Assembly: GCA_963765495.1 (NCBI GenBank)
Contig: CAVXWP010000008.1
Coordinates: 864,001 to 928,000 of the forward strand
Reading direction: 5' to 3'
DNA: 64,000 nt
Source: Blastocatellia bacterium
GTDB taxonomy: Bacteria > Acidobacteriota > Blastocatellia > UBA7656
Shown here: positions 19,538-29,389 of the stretch, piece after piece
Numbering within the stretch: the first letter of the stretch is position 1
How the letters are laid out: every line of letters starts with the position of its first letter
Translations under genes and position numbers: made by a program
Notes under the pieces: generated by a model
Seen by the model: only the letters and a program-made list of their open reading frames with translations
Databases searched by the model: none
What the model was told of the DNA's origin: nothing

Positions 19538-20734
19538 TCAGGCAGCCTTTTTCTCAGATTTGCTGCCGATGACAATACGCGCAAAATCTGCGATGTATGC
19601 GCGCAAACCTTTCTTTAACCTGCGGCTCGCGTCGGTGTTGACCTGTATTGCTATCGAAACTCCGTACTCGGGGAAATACTCCATCTCTGAAAGGTAGCCG
19701 GGGAACCAGCCTCCGTGACCGTAGCTCGTACCCCACTCGCTTCGTCTGACCTGAACGCCGAGTCCGTACCTGTCGCCTGGTCCTGTCTTAGCCTCGACCG
19801 ACGTGACCAGTTGCCCCAGATAATACTTATTGAAGAGTTTGCCTTCATAGAGAGCCTTTGACCACCTCGCAAGGTCTTCGGCCGTTGAAGCGAAACCGCC
19901 CCCGGTCCATTCCATCTGGGGGTTGATTATGAACTTGCCGTCAATAATCGTCCGGCCTTCAAAGCCAAACGGGCTGTTTGGCATGGAATAACCGGGTATC
20001 AGCCCGGGTATCACCCGACTATCCGACGGCACGGTATGGTCAAGTTTTAGCGGCTTTAATATTCGCCTTGTAACTTCCGCGTAAAGCCTCTTTTTTGTGA
20101 CCTTCTCAAAGATCACGCCTACCAGTATGTAATTGGTATCGGCATAGGACCACCCCTGCCCGGCGGGAAACAAAGGTTTTGCATCGAGTATAAAGGCGAT
20201 GAGATCTTCGGGCTTCCATATCTTGTCGGGGTTGTCTTTCAGAGCCTTGTCGAAAGGTTTTGAGAGAACGTGTTCCGGGATGCCGCTCGTGTGATTCATC
20301 AACATTCGCAAGGTGATGTCTCTGGCATTGGGCAGGCGGTCGAACCAGGGCTCGTCTCCAAGCCATCGCTCTATCCTGTCATCGAGTTTGATTCGGCCTT
20401 CCCCGGCAAGTTGCAATACGACCGCTGAGACATAAGTCTTTCCTATGCTTCCGGCAAGCAACTTGTCGGTGGGCTTTAGCGGAATCTTGTTTTCGACATC
20501 GGCAAGCCCCGTCGATACTGAAAAGTGCCGTCCGTCCTTCAAGACTATCCCGACGGTCGCGCCCGGAAACTCGGCTCCGGCATGAAGTTCATCCAGCTTT
20601 TCCTGAACACTCCGGCGAAGTTGATCGAGCTTTTCGTCTCTGGGACGTGCGGGCCGTGCGACTGCTGAAGACAATAATAGAGCTATCGTCAGACCGGCAA
20701 GCCACGCTCGTTTGCCGGATAACAAGCTACGCAT
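19538..20734 (-). CDS. Serine hydrolase, beta-lactamase / D-Ala-D-Ala carboxypeptidase-like (S12)
   Basis: Signal peptide, SxxK (GSIGK), LMNHTSG, WSYADTNY, GHGG. Confidence 0.9.
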   Translation of the reverse strand: MRSLLSGKRAWLAGLTIALLLSSAVARPARPRDEKLDQLRRSVQEKLDELHAGAEFPGATVGIVLKDGRHFSVSTGLADVENKIPLKPTDKLLAGSIGKTYVSAVVLQLAGEGRIKLDDRIERWLGDEPWFDRLPNARDITLRMLMNHTSGIPEHVLSKPFDKALKDNPDKIWKPEDLIAFILDAKPLFPAGQGWSYADTNYILVGVIFEKVTKKRLYAEVTRRILKPLKLDHTVPSDSRVIPGLIPGYSMPNSPFGFEGRTIIDGKFIINPQMEWTGGGFASTAEDLARWSKALYEGKLFNKYYLGQLVTSVEAKTGPGDRYGLGVQVRRSEWGTSYGHGGWFPGYLSEMEYFPEYGVSIAIQVNTDASRRLKKGLRAYIADFARIVIGSKSEKKAA

Positions 20735-21031
20735 TTTCAATTTCTGATCTCCTCTCGATTGTTTCTTAAAGCTTTCTGTTGCATTCAAGTCGAAGAGCGT
20801 CTGCGGGCTCTTCCATCCGCGCGAAAACATCGGCTTTTCAGCATCTAACGTAAAGTCGCTGTGGTTTTCCGCAACTCTTTTTGCAAAAACTTGTAAAAAG
20901 CGTAAAAAAGTTGTCTCCCTCCATCCGTTGTGTTGCGGGATTTCGGTTCCTCATCGTGTTTGAACTCGTCCTACCCTCTTGCCGTTCGCGCTTCACCGAA
21001 ATTTATCTCTAATACTATTGACGCCAAATTG

Positions 21032-21061
21032 TTGACGAGGATTCCTGCAAGGGGCTAGAAT
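21032..21061 (+). promoter_or_regulatory. Putative sigma70 promoter for tRNA-Leu
   Basis: TTGACG-N18-TAGAAT. Confidence 0.5.
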
Positions 21062-21109
21062 GATTCACCTCAGAGGCGCAATTGAAAGCCCGTTGAAATC
21101 GGTTCTCCG

Positions 21110-21197
21110 GGGGATGTGGCGGAACAGGCAGACGCGAAGGTCTCAAAAACCTTTGGGATAATCTCCCGTGTGGGTTCGATTCCCACCATCCCCACCA
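21110..21197 (+). tRNA. tRNA-Leu(CAA)
   Basis: Acceptor stem GGGGATG/CATCCCC, anticodon arm AAGGT-CTCAAAA-ACCTT, long variable arm, GGTTCGATTCC, encoded CCA. Confidence 0.96.
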
Positions 21198-21233
21198 GCT
21201 TTTTTGCTTTACAAATCCTGCCCGCGGCCTCTT

Positions 21234-22118
21234 ATGAAGAAGCAAGAAATAGATTTCAGTTCGATTCCAGCCCCGGCCATCTCAGAGATCACCTTAAAGA
21301 TTTGCCTCAAGTGCGCGTTCGATTTTTTCACAAAACAACTGGGGTTTACGCCTCACACGGCCTACTCGGAGTTGAAAAAACACACACCCGAAGAAGCCGA
21401 TTTTACGGGTGCGGCAACTATCCGGCCTCACTTTTTCGATAAAGAGAAACTCGCTCGCTGCCCGTACTGCAACGGGGCAAAAAACTGGTTTGCCGGGTTT
21501 CACGCCACGCGAATAGATGCCAATCCCTCATTCGAAAAGCAGAGAAAAAGGCTCTGGACCGCGCTAAGGAAAGAACCCGACCGTGTCGCGCTCTGGAAGA
21601 GCGAACGGACTCAGATGGAAATATTTTCCGACTGGCTCGACCGACTCAAACGCAGGATCGATTTCGCCGACGATAGATGGCTCATCACGGTTGCACTCGA
21701 TTACGTAAAACGGTATGCGCCTTCAGGCGAAGGCTATGAAATAACGGACGATCAGGTGCAACGCGTACAGCTATCCAGACAACTCGACGGCCTCTGGAAA
21801 TATGAAAATCAATGGCTTTATGTCACTCCCTCGATCTATGGCGATGCATTGATCGTGCAGCATTTGCTCTCGCGCTCACAGCAGGCGGGCGGGCGCACCT
21901 TCGAAGGGCGTCTGACGCTTCAGGAGTTGATAAATCGGCTCAGACGCGTCGGATATTTTCAGGTCAGAGAGGTTGAACCGGGAAGCGCATTCGAAATATT
22001 GGAGCAAACTATAGCCTCGATAGTTGCTTCAGGCCCAAACGCCGTGTACTATGCCGTAGATCGTAGCGATTACCTGAAAAAACTCAAATCAGTTTACGAA
22101 AAGAAGCGTGGACGATAA
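21234..22118 (+). CDS. Hypothetical protein with two CxxC motifs (possible split zinc ribbon)
   Basis: 294-aa ORF with CLKC and CPYC about 50 aa apart; stop overlaps the next start (TAATG). Confidence 0.75.
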   Translation: MKKQEIDFSSIPAPAISEITLKICLKCAFDFFTKQLGFTPHTAYSELKKHTPEEADFTGAATIRPHFFDKEKLARCPYCNGAKNWFAGFHATRIDANPSFEKQRKRLWTALRKEPDRVALWKSERTQMEIFSDWLDRLKRRIDFADDRWLITVALDYVKRYAPSGEGYEITDDQVQRVQLSRQLDGLWKYENQWLYVTPSIYGDALIVQHLLSRSQQAGGRTFEGRLTLQELINRLRRVGYFQVREVEPGSAFEILEQTIASIVASGPNAVYYAVDRSDYLKKLKSVYEKKRGR

Positions 22119-22528
22119 TGAAGATCAAGTTTTTTTGCGCAACTATTCTGTTTTTTATGCCGCTCGTCGGACTCACTCAAGCACAGGATGCGACCCCGCC
22201 CGGTTTCACCATCTCGCTAAAGAACGGTAGCATGGTGCGAGGCCGCACGCTCACGCGTGATGAAGCGAGCGGGGCCTTGCGTCTGACTATGACGGAGACG
22301 GGAACGGGTGGACCAAAGAGCTACGCAATCATCGCCATGGACGACGCCGACAGCATTCGCGCCTCGACGACAGACGCGGATTCGATACTTGTAAAACTCT
22401 TTGGCGGAAGCGAGTTGCGATGCAAAGAGTTTGGCCTGAACGGCGATACGGTAACGGTCAAGCTTGGCACGGCGAGCCGCATAGATGTTCGATGGGACCA
22501 GATTCAATCAATCAGCTTCGCGCCCTAA
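22118..22528 (+). CDS. Hypothetical secreted protein
   Basis: Signal peptide ending AQA; two short internal beta repeats (ISLKNGSMVRG / VKLFGGSELRC). Confidence 0.7.
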   Translation: MKIKFFCATILFFMPLVGLTQAQDATPPGFTISLKNGSMVRGRTLTRDEASGALRLTMTETGTGGPKSYAIIAMDDADSIRASTTDADSILVKLFGGSELRCKEFGLNGDTVTVKLGTASRIDVRWDQIQSISFAP

Positions 22529-24103
22529 AAGACCCGAGACCACCGATCTCAGGCTATCCCAAGCAAGACGGACGTGTGCAGGCGTGGTCTTGATATTTCC
22601 AATCGCCAGCCGCAATGTGTATTTCCCGTTCAGTTTGGTGTGTGAAAGAAATACCTTGCCCTCTCGATTGACCTCTTCCATCAATCGTTCATTCAACCAG
22701 TCGAGACGAGTTTCGATCTCATCTTCGGATGCGCCGTTCAGGTCGTAGGGCCTGGCCCGGAAACAGACGAGGCTGAACGGCGTCGGAGCCATCCGCTCAA
22801 AATCCGGGCTCGCGTCTACCCACCCGGCAAATTCGCGGGCCATCTCTATGTGATTGCGGATGCGCTCGGCAATTCCATCCACGCCAAAATAGCGCAGCAC
22901 AAACCAGAGCTTTATGGCGCGAAAGCGGCGACCGAGTTGCGGTCCATAATCCATATAATTCTTCACTTCGCTTGAGTCATTCGAGCGCAAATACTCGGGG
23001 ATCAGACTGAAAGCCTGACCGAGCACATCCATTCTGCGGCAAAAGAGCGCGCTGATGTCTATGGGAACAAAGAGCCATTTATGCGGGTTCATAACCAGCG
23101 AGTCGGCTCGCTCGCACCCGGCAAGCACCCATTTCATCTCGGGCAGTATCGCCGCCGGTCCGCCATAGGCGGCATCTACGTGGAGCCATAAACCTTCAAG
23201 CTCGCAAATTTCGGCTATCTGAGGCACGGGGTCTATACTGGTAGTCGAAGTGGTGCCCACGGTAGCGACCACGCAGAAGGGCCGCCATCCGGCCTCTCTG
23301 TCCTCTTGAATCGCGCGAGCGAGCGCAGCCGGGTCCATACGAAACTCGGAATCAGTAGCGATCTGCCTGACGCCTTCCTGTCCTATGCCAAGCGTGATCG
23401 CGGCTTTTTCCACAGAAGAATGGGCGTGTTCGGATGTATAAAGCCGCAGCCGTTGAAAGATCGGCTCAATGTCCGGGTCTTCGTTCTCGTCTTTATCTTC
23501 GGCATCGGCCCCCAGGAACGGGTAACCCGGAAAAGATTCGACATCTGCTTCAACCGGCGGCTGACTGATGGAGCCCAGCCCCTGCTCGCGCACCCGAAGC
23601 CCCGGCACGGCCTCGCGGGCCGCCGCGATGGCGCAAAGCGTAGAAATCGAAGCCGTGTCATAAATCACTCCCGAAAAATCCTCGGATAAACCTATCATCT
23701 GCCGCAGCCAGTTTAGCGTGACTTCTTCGAGTTCGGTCGCTGCCGGGGAGGTGCGCCACATCATGGCGTTTACGTTGAATGCGGCCGAGAACATCTCTCC
23801 CAGTATCCCCGGAGCCGATCCGCTTACGGCGAAATAGGCGAAAAACCCCGGATGATTCCAGTGAGTTACACCGGGCGGAATCAGGCGGTCAAAGTCGGCA
23901 AGGATTTTCTCCATACTTTCGCCCGATGAGGGCGCGCTTTCGGGAAGGGCTCGCTTGAGCGCCCCCGGCTCGACCTGTGAAAGCACCGGGTAGCGGTCCG
24001 TATGCGAAAGATAATCGGCTATCCAATCAACGACTTTGTGGCCAAAGTGACGAAACTCTTCCGAATCCATGTCACCCGGTGAGGCGGGTTTGTTTTCATT
24101 CAT
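22508..24103 (-). CDS. PLP-dependent aromatic L-amino acid decarboxylase (group II)
   Basis: PGVTHWNHPGFFAYF, SPAATELE, WLHVDAAY, PLP lysine in NPHKW, GRRFRAIKLW. Confidence 0.93.
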   Translation of the reverse strand: MNENKPASPGDMDSEEFRHFGHKVVDWIADYLSHTDRYPVLSQVEPGALKRALPESAPSSGESMEKILADFDRLIPPGVTHWNHPGFFAYFAVSGSAPGILGEMFSAAFNVNAMMWRTSPAATELEEVTLNWLRQMIGLSEDFSGVIYDTASISTLCAIAAAREAVPGLRVREQGLGSISQPPVEADVESFPGYPFLGADAEDKDENEDPDIEPIFQRLRLYTSEHAHSSVEKAAITLGIGQEGVRQIATDSEFRMDPAALARAIQEDREAGWRPFCVVATVGTTSTTSIDPVPQIAEICELEGLWLHVDAAYGGPAAILPEMKWVLAGCERADSLVMNPHKWLFVPIDISALFCRRMDVLGQAFSLIPEYLRSNDSSEVKNYMDYGPQLGRRFRAIKLWFVLRYFGVDGIAERIRNHIEMAREFAGWVDASPDFERMAPTPFSLVCFRARPYDLNGASEDEIETRLDWLNERLMEEVNREGKVFLSHTKLNGKYTLRLAIGNIKTTPAHVRLAWDSLRSVVSGLLGREAD

Positions 24104-24160
24104 GCGAATGGTCCTTTAGCAGGAAAACTGGGGCTGACAAATCAAACCAGAGAAGGGGAA

Positions 24161-24260
24161 GTGATACGTGATACGCTCGATGATTCGTGATTCGTGACCT
24201 TCAGGCAGATAATTGTAAACCGCAGGCTACCTGCCATCACGCATCACGCGTCACGCATCA
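24161..24260. repeat. Heptamer-armed hairpin element, GATGCGT/TCACG family (copy B)
   Basis: GTGATAC/GTGATTC arm, 39-nt spacer beginning CCTTCAGGCA, TCACGCA arm containing the mqnC stop codon. Confidence 0.8.
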
Positions 24261-25353
24261 TCACATCCTGTCTCACTCTCACATAATCAGCCTTGCGCTT
24301 GCAGGGCGTAAAACCTTCAGAGATTATCGTTTCTCGGAGCATGGTCTCGGTGGCCTTATGATTTGCCCCCGCCGGAGAGATTACATTCTCTTCGATCATC
24401 GTGCTTCCGATGTCGTTGGCCCCAAAATGCAAACCGAGACGGCCTATATCAAGCCCCTGCGTAAGCCATGAAACCTGCACATTCGGGATGTTATCCAGAT
24501 AGAGCCTGCCGATTGCAAGCCATCTCAAGTATTCGCGCCCCTCAATACGATCTGGAAACACCTTGCCGATTGGCACATTATCGGGCTGAAGAGTCCAGGG
24601 AATAAAGGAGACAAAACCCGGGTTGCGGTCCTGAAGTTCGCGCAACTTTTCAAGGTGCATAAGGCGCTGATCGCGCGTCTCGCCCATCCCGAACATCATT
24701 GTCGCCGTCGTAGGTATTCCCATCGAATGGGCTACGTCCATAACGTTTAGCCATTCCGCGCTATCGCAGTGCGTTCTGCGCTTGCGGCGAATCTCATCTA
24801 CGAGTATCTCTCCGCCGCCGCCCGGGATCGAATCTAGTCCCGCCTCTCGCAGCGCGGCGAGCACACCTTCGACGCCAAGCCCCGTAATCTTTGCGAAATG
24901 ATCTATTTCAGGCGGAGAGAAACAATGCAGGTGAATGTTGTAACGCGACTTCAACTCGCGCAGCAAACCCGTGTAGTATTCGAGCGGCAAATCCGGGTGC
25001 AATCCGCCCTGCATCAAAACGCCGCTTCCACCCAGTTCGATCATCTCTTCGACCTTGCGGTAGATCGTCTCGTATTCGTGCACATAACCTTCGGGTGACC
25101 CGGGCTTTCGATAGAAGGCGCAAAAGGCGCAAACCGAGACGCAGACGTTCGAATAATTCACATTGCGGTCAACCACATAAGTAACCACATCGTCCGGGTG
25201 CAGCCGCTTTCGCAACTGGTCTGCCAGCCGACCGAGTTCATCGGTGGGCGCGGAGTCTTCAACCGCTTTCCACTCTTCAAAAGAGAGCCGCTCGCCCTCT
25301 TCGATTCGACTCAGCAATCCGTCCACATCTACTCTCTCGATTGTCTTTTCCAT
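24244..25353 (-). CDS. mqnC: Cyclic dehypoxanthine futalosine synthase (radical SAM, CofH/MqnC family)
   Basis: [24 protein letters not shown] (CxxxCxxC), [28 protein letters not shown]. Confidence 0.88.
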   Translation of the reverse strand: MEKTIERVDVDGLLSRIEEGERLSFEEWKAVEDSAPTDELGRLADQLRKRLHPDDVVTYVVDRNVNYSNVCVSVCAFCAFYRKPGSPEGYVHEYETIYRKVEEMIELGGSGVLMQGGLHPDLPLEYYTGLLRELKSRYNIHLHCFSPPEIDHFAKITGLGVEGVLAALREAGLDSIPGGGGEILVDEIRRKRRTHCDSAEWLNVMDVAHSMGIPTTATMMFGMGETRDQRLMHLEKLRELQDRNPGFVSFIPWTLQPDNVPIGKVFPDRIEGREYLRWLAIGRLYLDNIPNVQVSWLTQGLDIGRLGLHFGANDIGSTMIEENVISPAGANHKATETMLRETIISEGFTPCKRKADYVRVRQDVMMRDA

Positions 25354-25621
25354 AAAGAAGCCTCGCCTGAGGATTATAACTAAATCCGGCGGAGGCGCAA
25401 AATTCCCGCAGTGAGAGTCGAGATTTACGACCGCGCTTCGACCGCCGCTATAAAGGCGCGCCAAATTCAAAGCCGAGCCTCGCTTACTGTCAAAGAACGT
25501 GGGCTGGACTTGGCACCCCGCGTATGATAAAGATTTCTATCGACATTGAGACCACGTTTTGCTCATCAGCCGGGCAACTTTTGGTTTTCGCCGATATTCG
25601 AATCTGTTACCAGAAGGCATA

Positions 25622-26539
25622 ATGGATTTATACAGAAGCGTTCAAAATCTATCCCTGATAATACAGCCCGGCGACAGTTTCTTTCCTCTCGTTGATGCGA
25701 TAGACAGCGCGACCCGCTCCATCAACATGACTATCTTTCGGATGGACGATCCCATAGTGCGCGATGCTTTGAGCTTTGCCGTATCGCGCAGAGTAAAGGT
25801 GCGCGCCCTGATAGCTCCCACATCGAAAGGGTGGACAAAACGCAATAAAAAACTTACCGATGAACTCAGCGCCCTCGGCATCGAGGTCAGGATTCCAAAA
25901 TCGCGTAAGGAAAAGCTCAGCCGTTATCATTACAAAATGATGATGATCGACAATCATCAATCGCTGATACTGACTTTCAATCCTACGAAAAAGAATCTTC
26001 ATTATGCCCGCGACTTTGGCCTCTTAATAAAAGACCAGGTGATAACGACCGAGTTAAACCGTCTCTTTGAGGCCGATTGGTCAGGAAAACCGTTTAAGCC
26101 TGCGGACCTTCCTCTTATCATAAGCCCTTATAACAGCCGGAAAAAATTACTCGCGCTTCTGAAGTCGGCCGAGCGCAGCATACGCATTATGGATGCAAAG
26201 CTACAGGATCAGGAGGTGATGGGCATGTTGCTGCGCAAGGCGGCCCTCGGGTGCGATGTCAAGATCATCAGCCGGGATTCGTACTTTGACGAGGTGGTCC
26301 CGAATTTCTATGTGAGACAGTTATCGCGTTACAAATTACATGCCAAGTGCATAGTCGTTGACGGGGTGCGTTTTTCCATAGGCAGTCAAAACCTGCGCAA
26401 AACGAGTCTGGACAGGCGCCGCGAGGTTGGCATAGTAGTCGAGGACCCGGCGGTCGCCCGCAAAATAGAGCGCGTATTTGACGAAGATTGGATACATGCT
26501 ACAGACCTGAACGCGATTCTTGAAACCAGGGTCGGGTGA
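25622..26539 (+). CDS. Phospholipase D superfamily protein (cardiolipin-synthase-like, soluble)
   Basis: Two HKD motifs (HYKMMMID, HAKCIVVD) and GSQN. Confidence 0.88.
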   Translation: MDLYRSVQNLSLIIQPGDSFFPLVDAIDSATRSINMTIFRMDDPIVRDALSFAVSRRVKVRALIAPTSKGWTKRNKKLTDELSALGIEVRIPKSRKEKLSRYHYKMMMIDNHQSLILTFNPTKKNLHYARDFGLLIKDQVITTELNRLFEADWSGKPFKPADLPLIISPYNSRKKLLALLKSAERSIRIMDAKLQDQEVMGMLLRKAALGCDVKIISRDSYFDEVVPNFYVRQLSRYKLHAKCIVVDGVRFSIGSQNLRKTSLDRRREVGIVVEDPAVARKIERVFDEDWIHATDLNAILETRVG

Positions 26540-26711
26540 TACGGCCTCCTTTGTGGAGAGAGGGTTTGAATTGTCGCAGGTGCCGCATAAAGATGGTCGT
26601 GATGAAACGCAGCTATCACAAGCAGCGCAAATGGGTCTGTCCCAAATGTGGCCGAACGCGTATGCAGACACAGAAGCCGCGTCCGCCCAAAGCCAGGAAA
26701 GGTGATTGAAT

Positions 26712-27005
26712 ATGAACCAGCGGAGAATAACAGAATATCGAAAAGGAGATGAAATAAGTTACGGGATGCCATCCGGCATGCTATACGGCACGGTAGTCAG
26801 GGTTCTTGGAGAAGGCGACACCTCGGCGGTCGAAGTCGAGTTCGAAGACGGTCGCAAAGAGATAAAGAAAGTTCGGGACCGCGCCCTGAGTCTACTCAGA
26901 CGCGCCAGCGGCAAGAGCGAGGAAGAGGAACGCCATTCCGACCGCGACCGCTTGCGCGATTATGACATAGAGCGAATCCGCCGCAGCGACCAGCGCAGAC
27001 GTTGA
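26712..27005 (+). CDS. Small hypothetical protein with Tudor/SH3-like domain and charged tail
   Basis: RBS AGGTGA; YRKGDEI...GTVVRVLGEGD...VEVEF pattern. Confidence 0.7.
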   Translation: MNQRRITEYRKGDEISYGMPSGMLYGTVVRVLGEGDTSAVEVEFEDGRKEIKKVRDRALSLLRRASGKSEEEERHSDRDRLRDYDIERIRRSDQRRR

Positions 27006-27026
27006 CAGGGTTTACAGGATTTCATT

Positions 27027-27545
27027 TCAAAAGAACCTGGCTAACAAATGAGACAACGGGCTGTTGTGAAAGCTCGCAGGGTTGTATAAGACTAGATAAA
27101 AGATTCGTGCCAATCCGAAAATCGCAAATGCAATCGCAAACAGGCGAACGGCCCGGACCCTTGTTACCACCCGTTCAAATGCAAGCGCAGGCCCCCACCA
27201 TTTAAGAACCACGCAAAGCGAACTCAGATATAAAAGCAAAGAGAATGCAAACAGCGGCGGCCCAATCAAATTGTAGGCGAAGGCCGCGCCAAGTTCCCCC
27301 TTCCCTATCGCGCAAAACGAATGCGTAAGACCGCAACCCGGACACGGAAGGCCCGTGAAATTCTTGAAACCGCAAAGAGTGAAATATTCGCCGTCAGCCG
27401 GTCGATAGATCAGGCTGATGATGTAGACAAGGCTGAGACCAACAAGCAAGACTATCGCAACTCGCCTTTTCTGACCCCAGATGGAGACATCAACCTGCCC
27501 TTCCGGGGCTAAATTCTGCTGATTTGTCCGGGCCGATGTGCTCAT
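27027..27545 (-). CDS. DUF2752 membrane protein
   Basis: LCGFKNFTGLPCPGCGLTHSF motif plus TM helices. Confidence 0.9.
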   Translation of the reverse strand: MSTSARTNQQNLAPEGQVDVSIWGQKRRVAIVLLVGLSLVYIISLIYRPADGEYFTLCGFKNFTGLPCPGCGLTHSFCAIGKGELGAAFAYNLIGPPLFAFSLLLYLSSLCVVLKWWGPALAFERVVTRVRAVRLFAIAFAIFGLARIFYLVLYNPASFHNSPLSHLLARFF

Positions 27546-28381
27546 AACAATCTTCTGGCCAGCGCCTGACTGATCCCCCGATAAGCTCCTCCGGCAAAGC
27601 TGTCTATCAACTTTGCAAACTGCTCGGGATACTCCAACATAGGCAGGAAGCCCGAACCCGTTACAGTCGCAAGCTTCCCCGCCTGCATGCGTGAAAATAT
27701 CTGGCGGGCAAGAACTGATCCGACTCTGTCTTTCTCTCCCGCCACTACCAGCATAGGAGAGTCGCTCTGCTCTATCAACTCTTCAAGCCGGGCGAAGGTA
27801 GCCGGGTCAGCCATAGAGAGCGCGGTTTCATAGGCCGCGCGCGGGCTGAGGTCTGCGAAATCATTAAACAGCCTGTCGCGCTCCGGTTGCGGTGCGCGGC
27901 GAAACCTCCAGCCAATTACGGTGCGGATAAAGGGAAATGCCGCGAGTTCGCGCAATGCAAGCGAGGCAGGCGTAAAAAGAGCCAGTTTTTTCACCTCTTT
28001 TTCGGAGATACCCGAACGCGGGCTGACCAGTACAAGGGCGCGCATATCCTGCGGATGAAGGCTAGCCAGAGCGGCTGTGACAAGTCCTCCTAACTCGTGT
28101 CCGATCAACACCGAATCGAAAAAATCGGCGTGAGTCAGTATGGAGTGCAAATCTTCGGCGTGGTCTTCGATGTCAAACCTCGCGTGGACGGATGCGGGTT
28201 GCGAGCGCCCGACGCCACGCGGATCGAAGATCAGACACCTGTATTTGCGCTCAAGCAATCGGACCACCGGTCGCCAGCATTCGCAACTCATTGCCCAGCC
28301 GCTTGAAAAAACAATAGGCGGTCCCGCGCCTGTGACCTCGTAATAAAGCGGCCCGTCTTTTGTTTTCAGAATTATCGACAT
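27542..28381 (-). CDS. Alpha/beta-hydrolase fold protein with degenerate catalytic triad
   Basis: DPRGVGRS, GHELGG, GEKD, GSGFLPMLEYPE; 4-nt overlap with the DUF2752 gene. Confidence 0.88.
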   Translation of the reverse strand: MSIILKTKDGPLYYEVTGAGPPIVFSSGWAMSCECWRPVVRLLERKYRCLIFDPRGVGRSQPASVHARFDIEDHAEDLHSILTHADFFDSVLIGHELGGLVTAALASLHPQDMRALVLVSPRSGISEKEVKKLALFTPASLALRELAAFPFIRTVIGWRFRRAPQPERDRLFNDFADLSPRAAYETALSMADPATFARLEELIEQSDSPMLVVAGEKDRVGSVLARQIFSRMQAGKLATVTGSGFLPMLEYPEQFAKLIDSFAGGAYRGISQALARRLL

Positions 28382-28482
28382 AAATTTCTTTATCGCACCG
28401 ATTACCTTAATCTGCAATCCGAAGCCGGTCAAGAACGACCGCTCGCCGCGCTCAAGTAGTATCTGTTCAGAAACGGGATAAT

Positions 28483-28552
28483 AGCCACAGAGACACAAAG
28501 ACACAGAGATTTCTTTTATATTCTTCTCTCTGTGGTTCTGTGGCTCTGTGGC
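28483..28552. repeat. Hairpin with 9-bp CACAGAG/CTCTGTG repeat arms (copy 1)
   Basis: AGCCACAGAGACACAAAGACACAGAG...CTCTGTGGTTCTGTGGCTCTGTGGCT. Confidence 0.85.
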
Positions 28553-28582
28553 TAATCTGAACTTCTCACCCCAGGAGAATTC

Positions 28583-28611
28583 TTGACACGCAGAGAGGCG
28601 ACGGGTAAGAT
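28583..28611 (+). promoter_or_regulatory. Sigma70 promoter for the tadA-tRNA-ffs region
   Basis: TTGACA-N17-TAAGAT. Confidence 0.7.
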
Positions 28612-28642
28612 TCGCATTTCGCCTGTGAGGCGGAAAGCTGTC

Positions 28643-29106
28643 ATGCAGTCAGCCGATGAAGATTTCATGCGCGAGGCCCTGGCGGAAGCCGAGACCGCGT
28701 TGCTGGAAGGTGAGGTCCCGGTAGGAGCGGTCATCACCCTCGAAGGCCGAATCATAGGCCGGGGTCATAACCGGGTTATAGGCAGAAATGACCCGACCGC
28801 TCACGCCGAAGTGATGGCGCTCAGAGATGCAGCGAGGCAGATCGGCAATTATCGGTTGACCGACGCTACGCTGTACTCGACTATCGAACCTTGCGCGATG
28901 TGCGCCGGAGCGATAGTCCACGCGCGAATTGCGCGGCTGGTATACGGGGCCCCGGACCCCAAGGCGGGAGCCGTAGAGACACATTTCGGCATCTGCACTG
29001 CGGATTTTTTGAACCATCGGGTGGGGGTAAAAGGGCGTGTCCTTGAGGACGAAAGCCGCTCGATGATACAATCTTTTTTTCGCCGGAAGCGGAAGGGCGA
29101 CATTGC

Positions 29107-29128
<22 letters not shown>
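28643..29128 (+). CDS. tadA: tRNA adenosine(34) deaminase
   Basis: [26 protein letters not shown]; stop codon lies inside the downstream tRNA. Confidence 0.95.
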
Positions 29129-29196
<68 letters not shown>

Positions 29197-29199
29197 CCT

Positions 29200-29283
29200 G
29201 GATTTTAGATTTTAGATTTTAGATTTTGGATTCTTTGGGAAACTCGCTTTGAAATCCAAAATCTAAAATCCAAAATCTAAAAT
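29200..29283. repeat. Heptamer-armed hairpin (GATTTTA)n / (TCYAAAA)n between the two tRNAs
   Basis: GGATTTTAGATTTTAGATTTTAGATTTTGGATT...AATCCAAAATCTAAAATCCAAAATCTAAAAT. Confidence 0.9.
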
Positions 29284-29285
29284 AG

Positions 29286-29375
<90 letters not shown>

Positions 29376-29389
29376 CCACGCTTTGCTTG

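Noticed and set aside
21110-22528. Genomic island integrated at tRNA-Leu
   Set aside because: No integrase and no duplicated tRNA 3' end was seen downstream.
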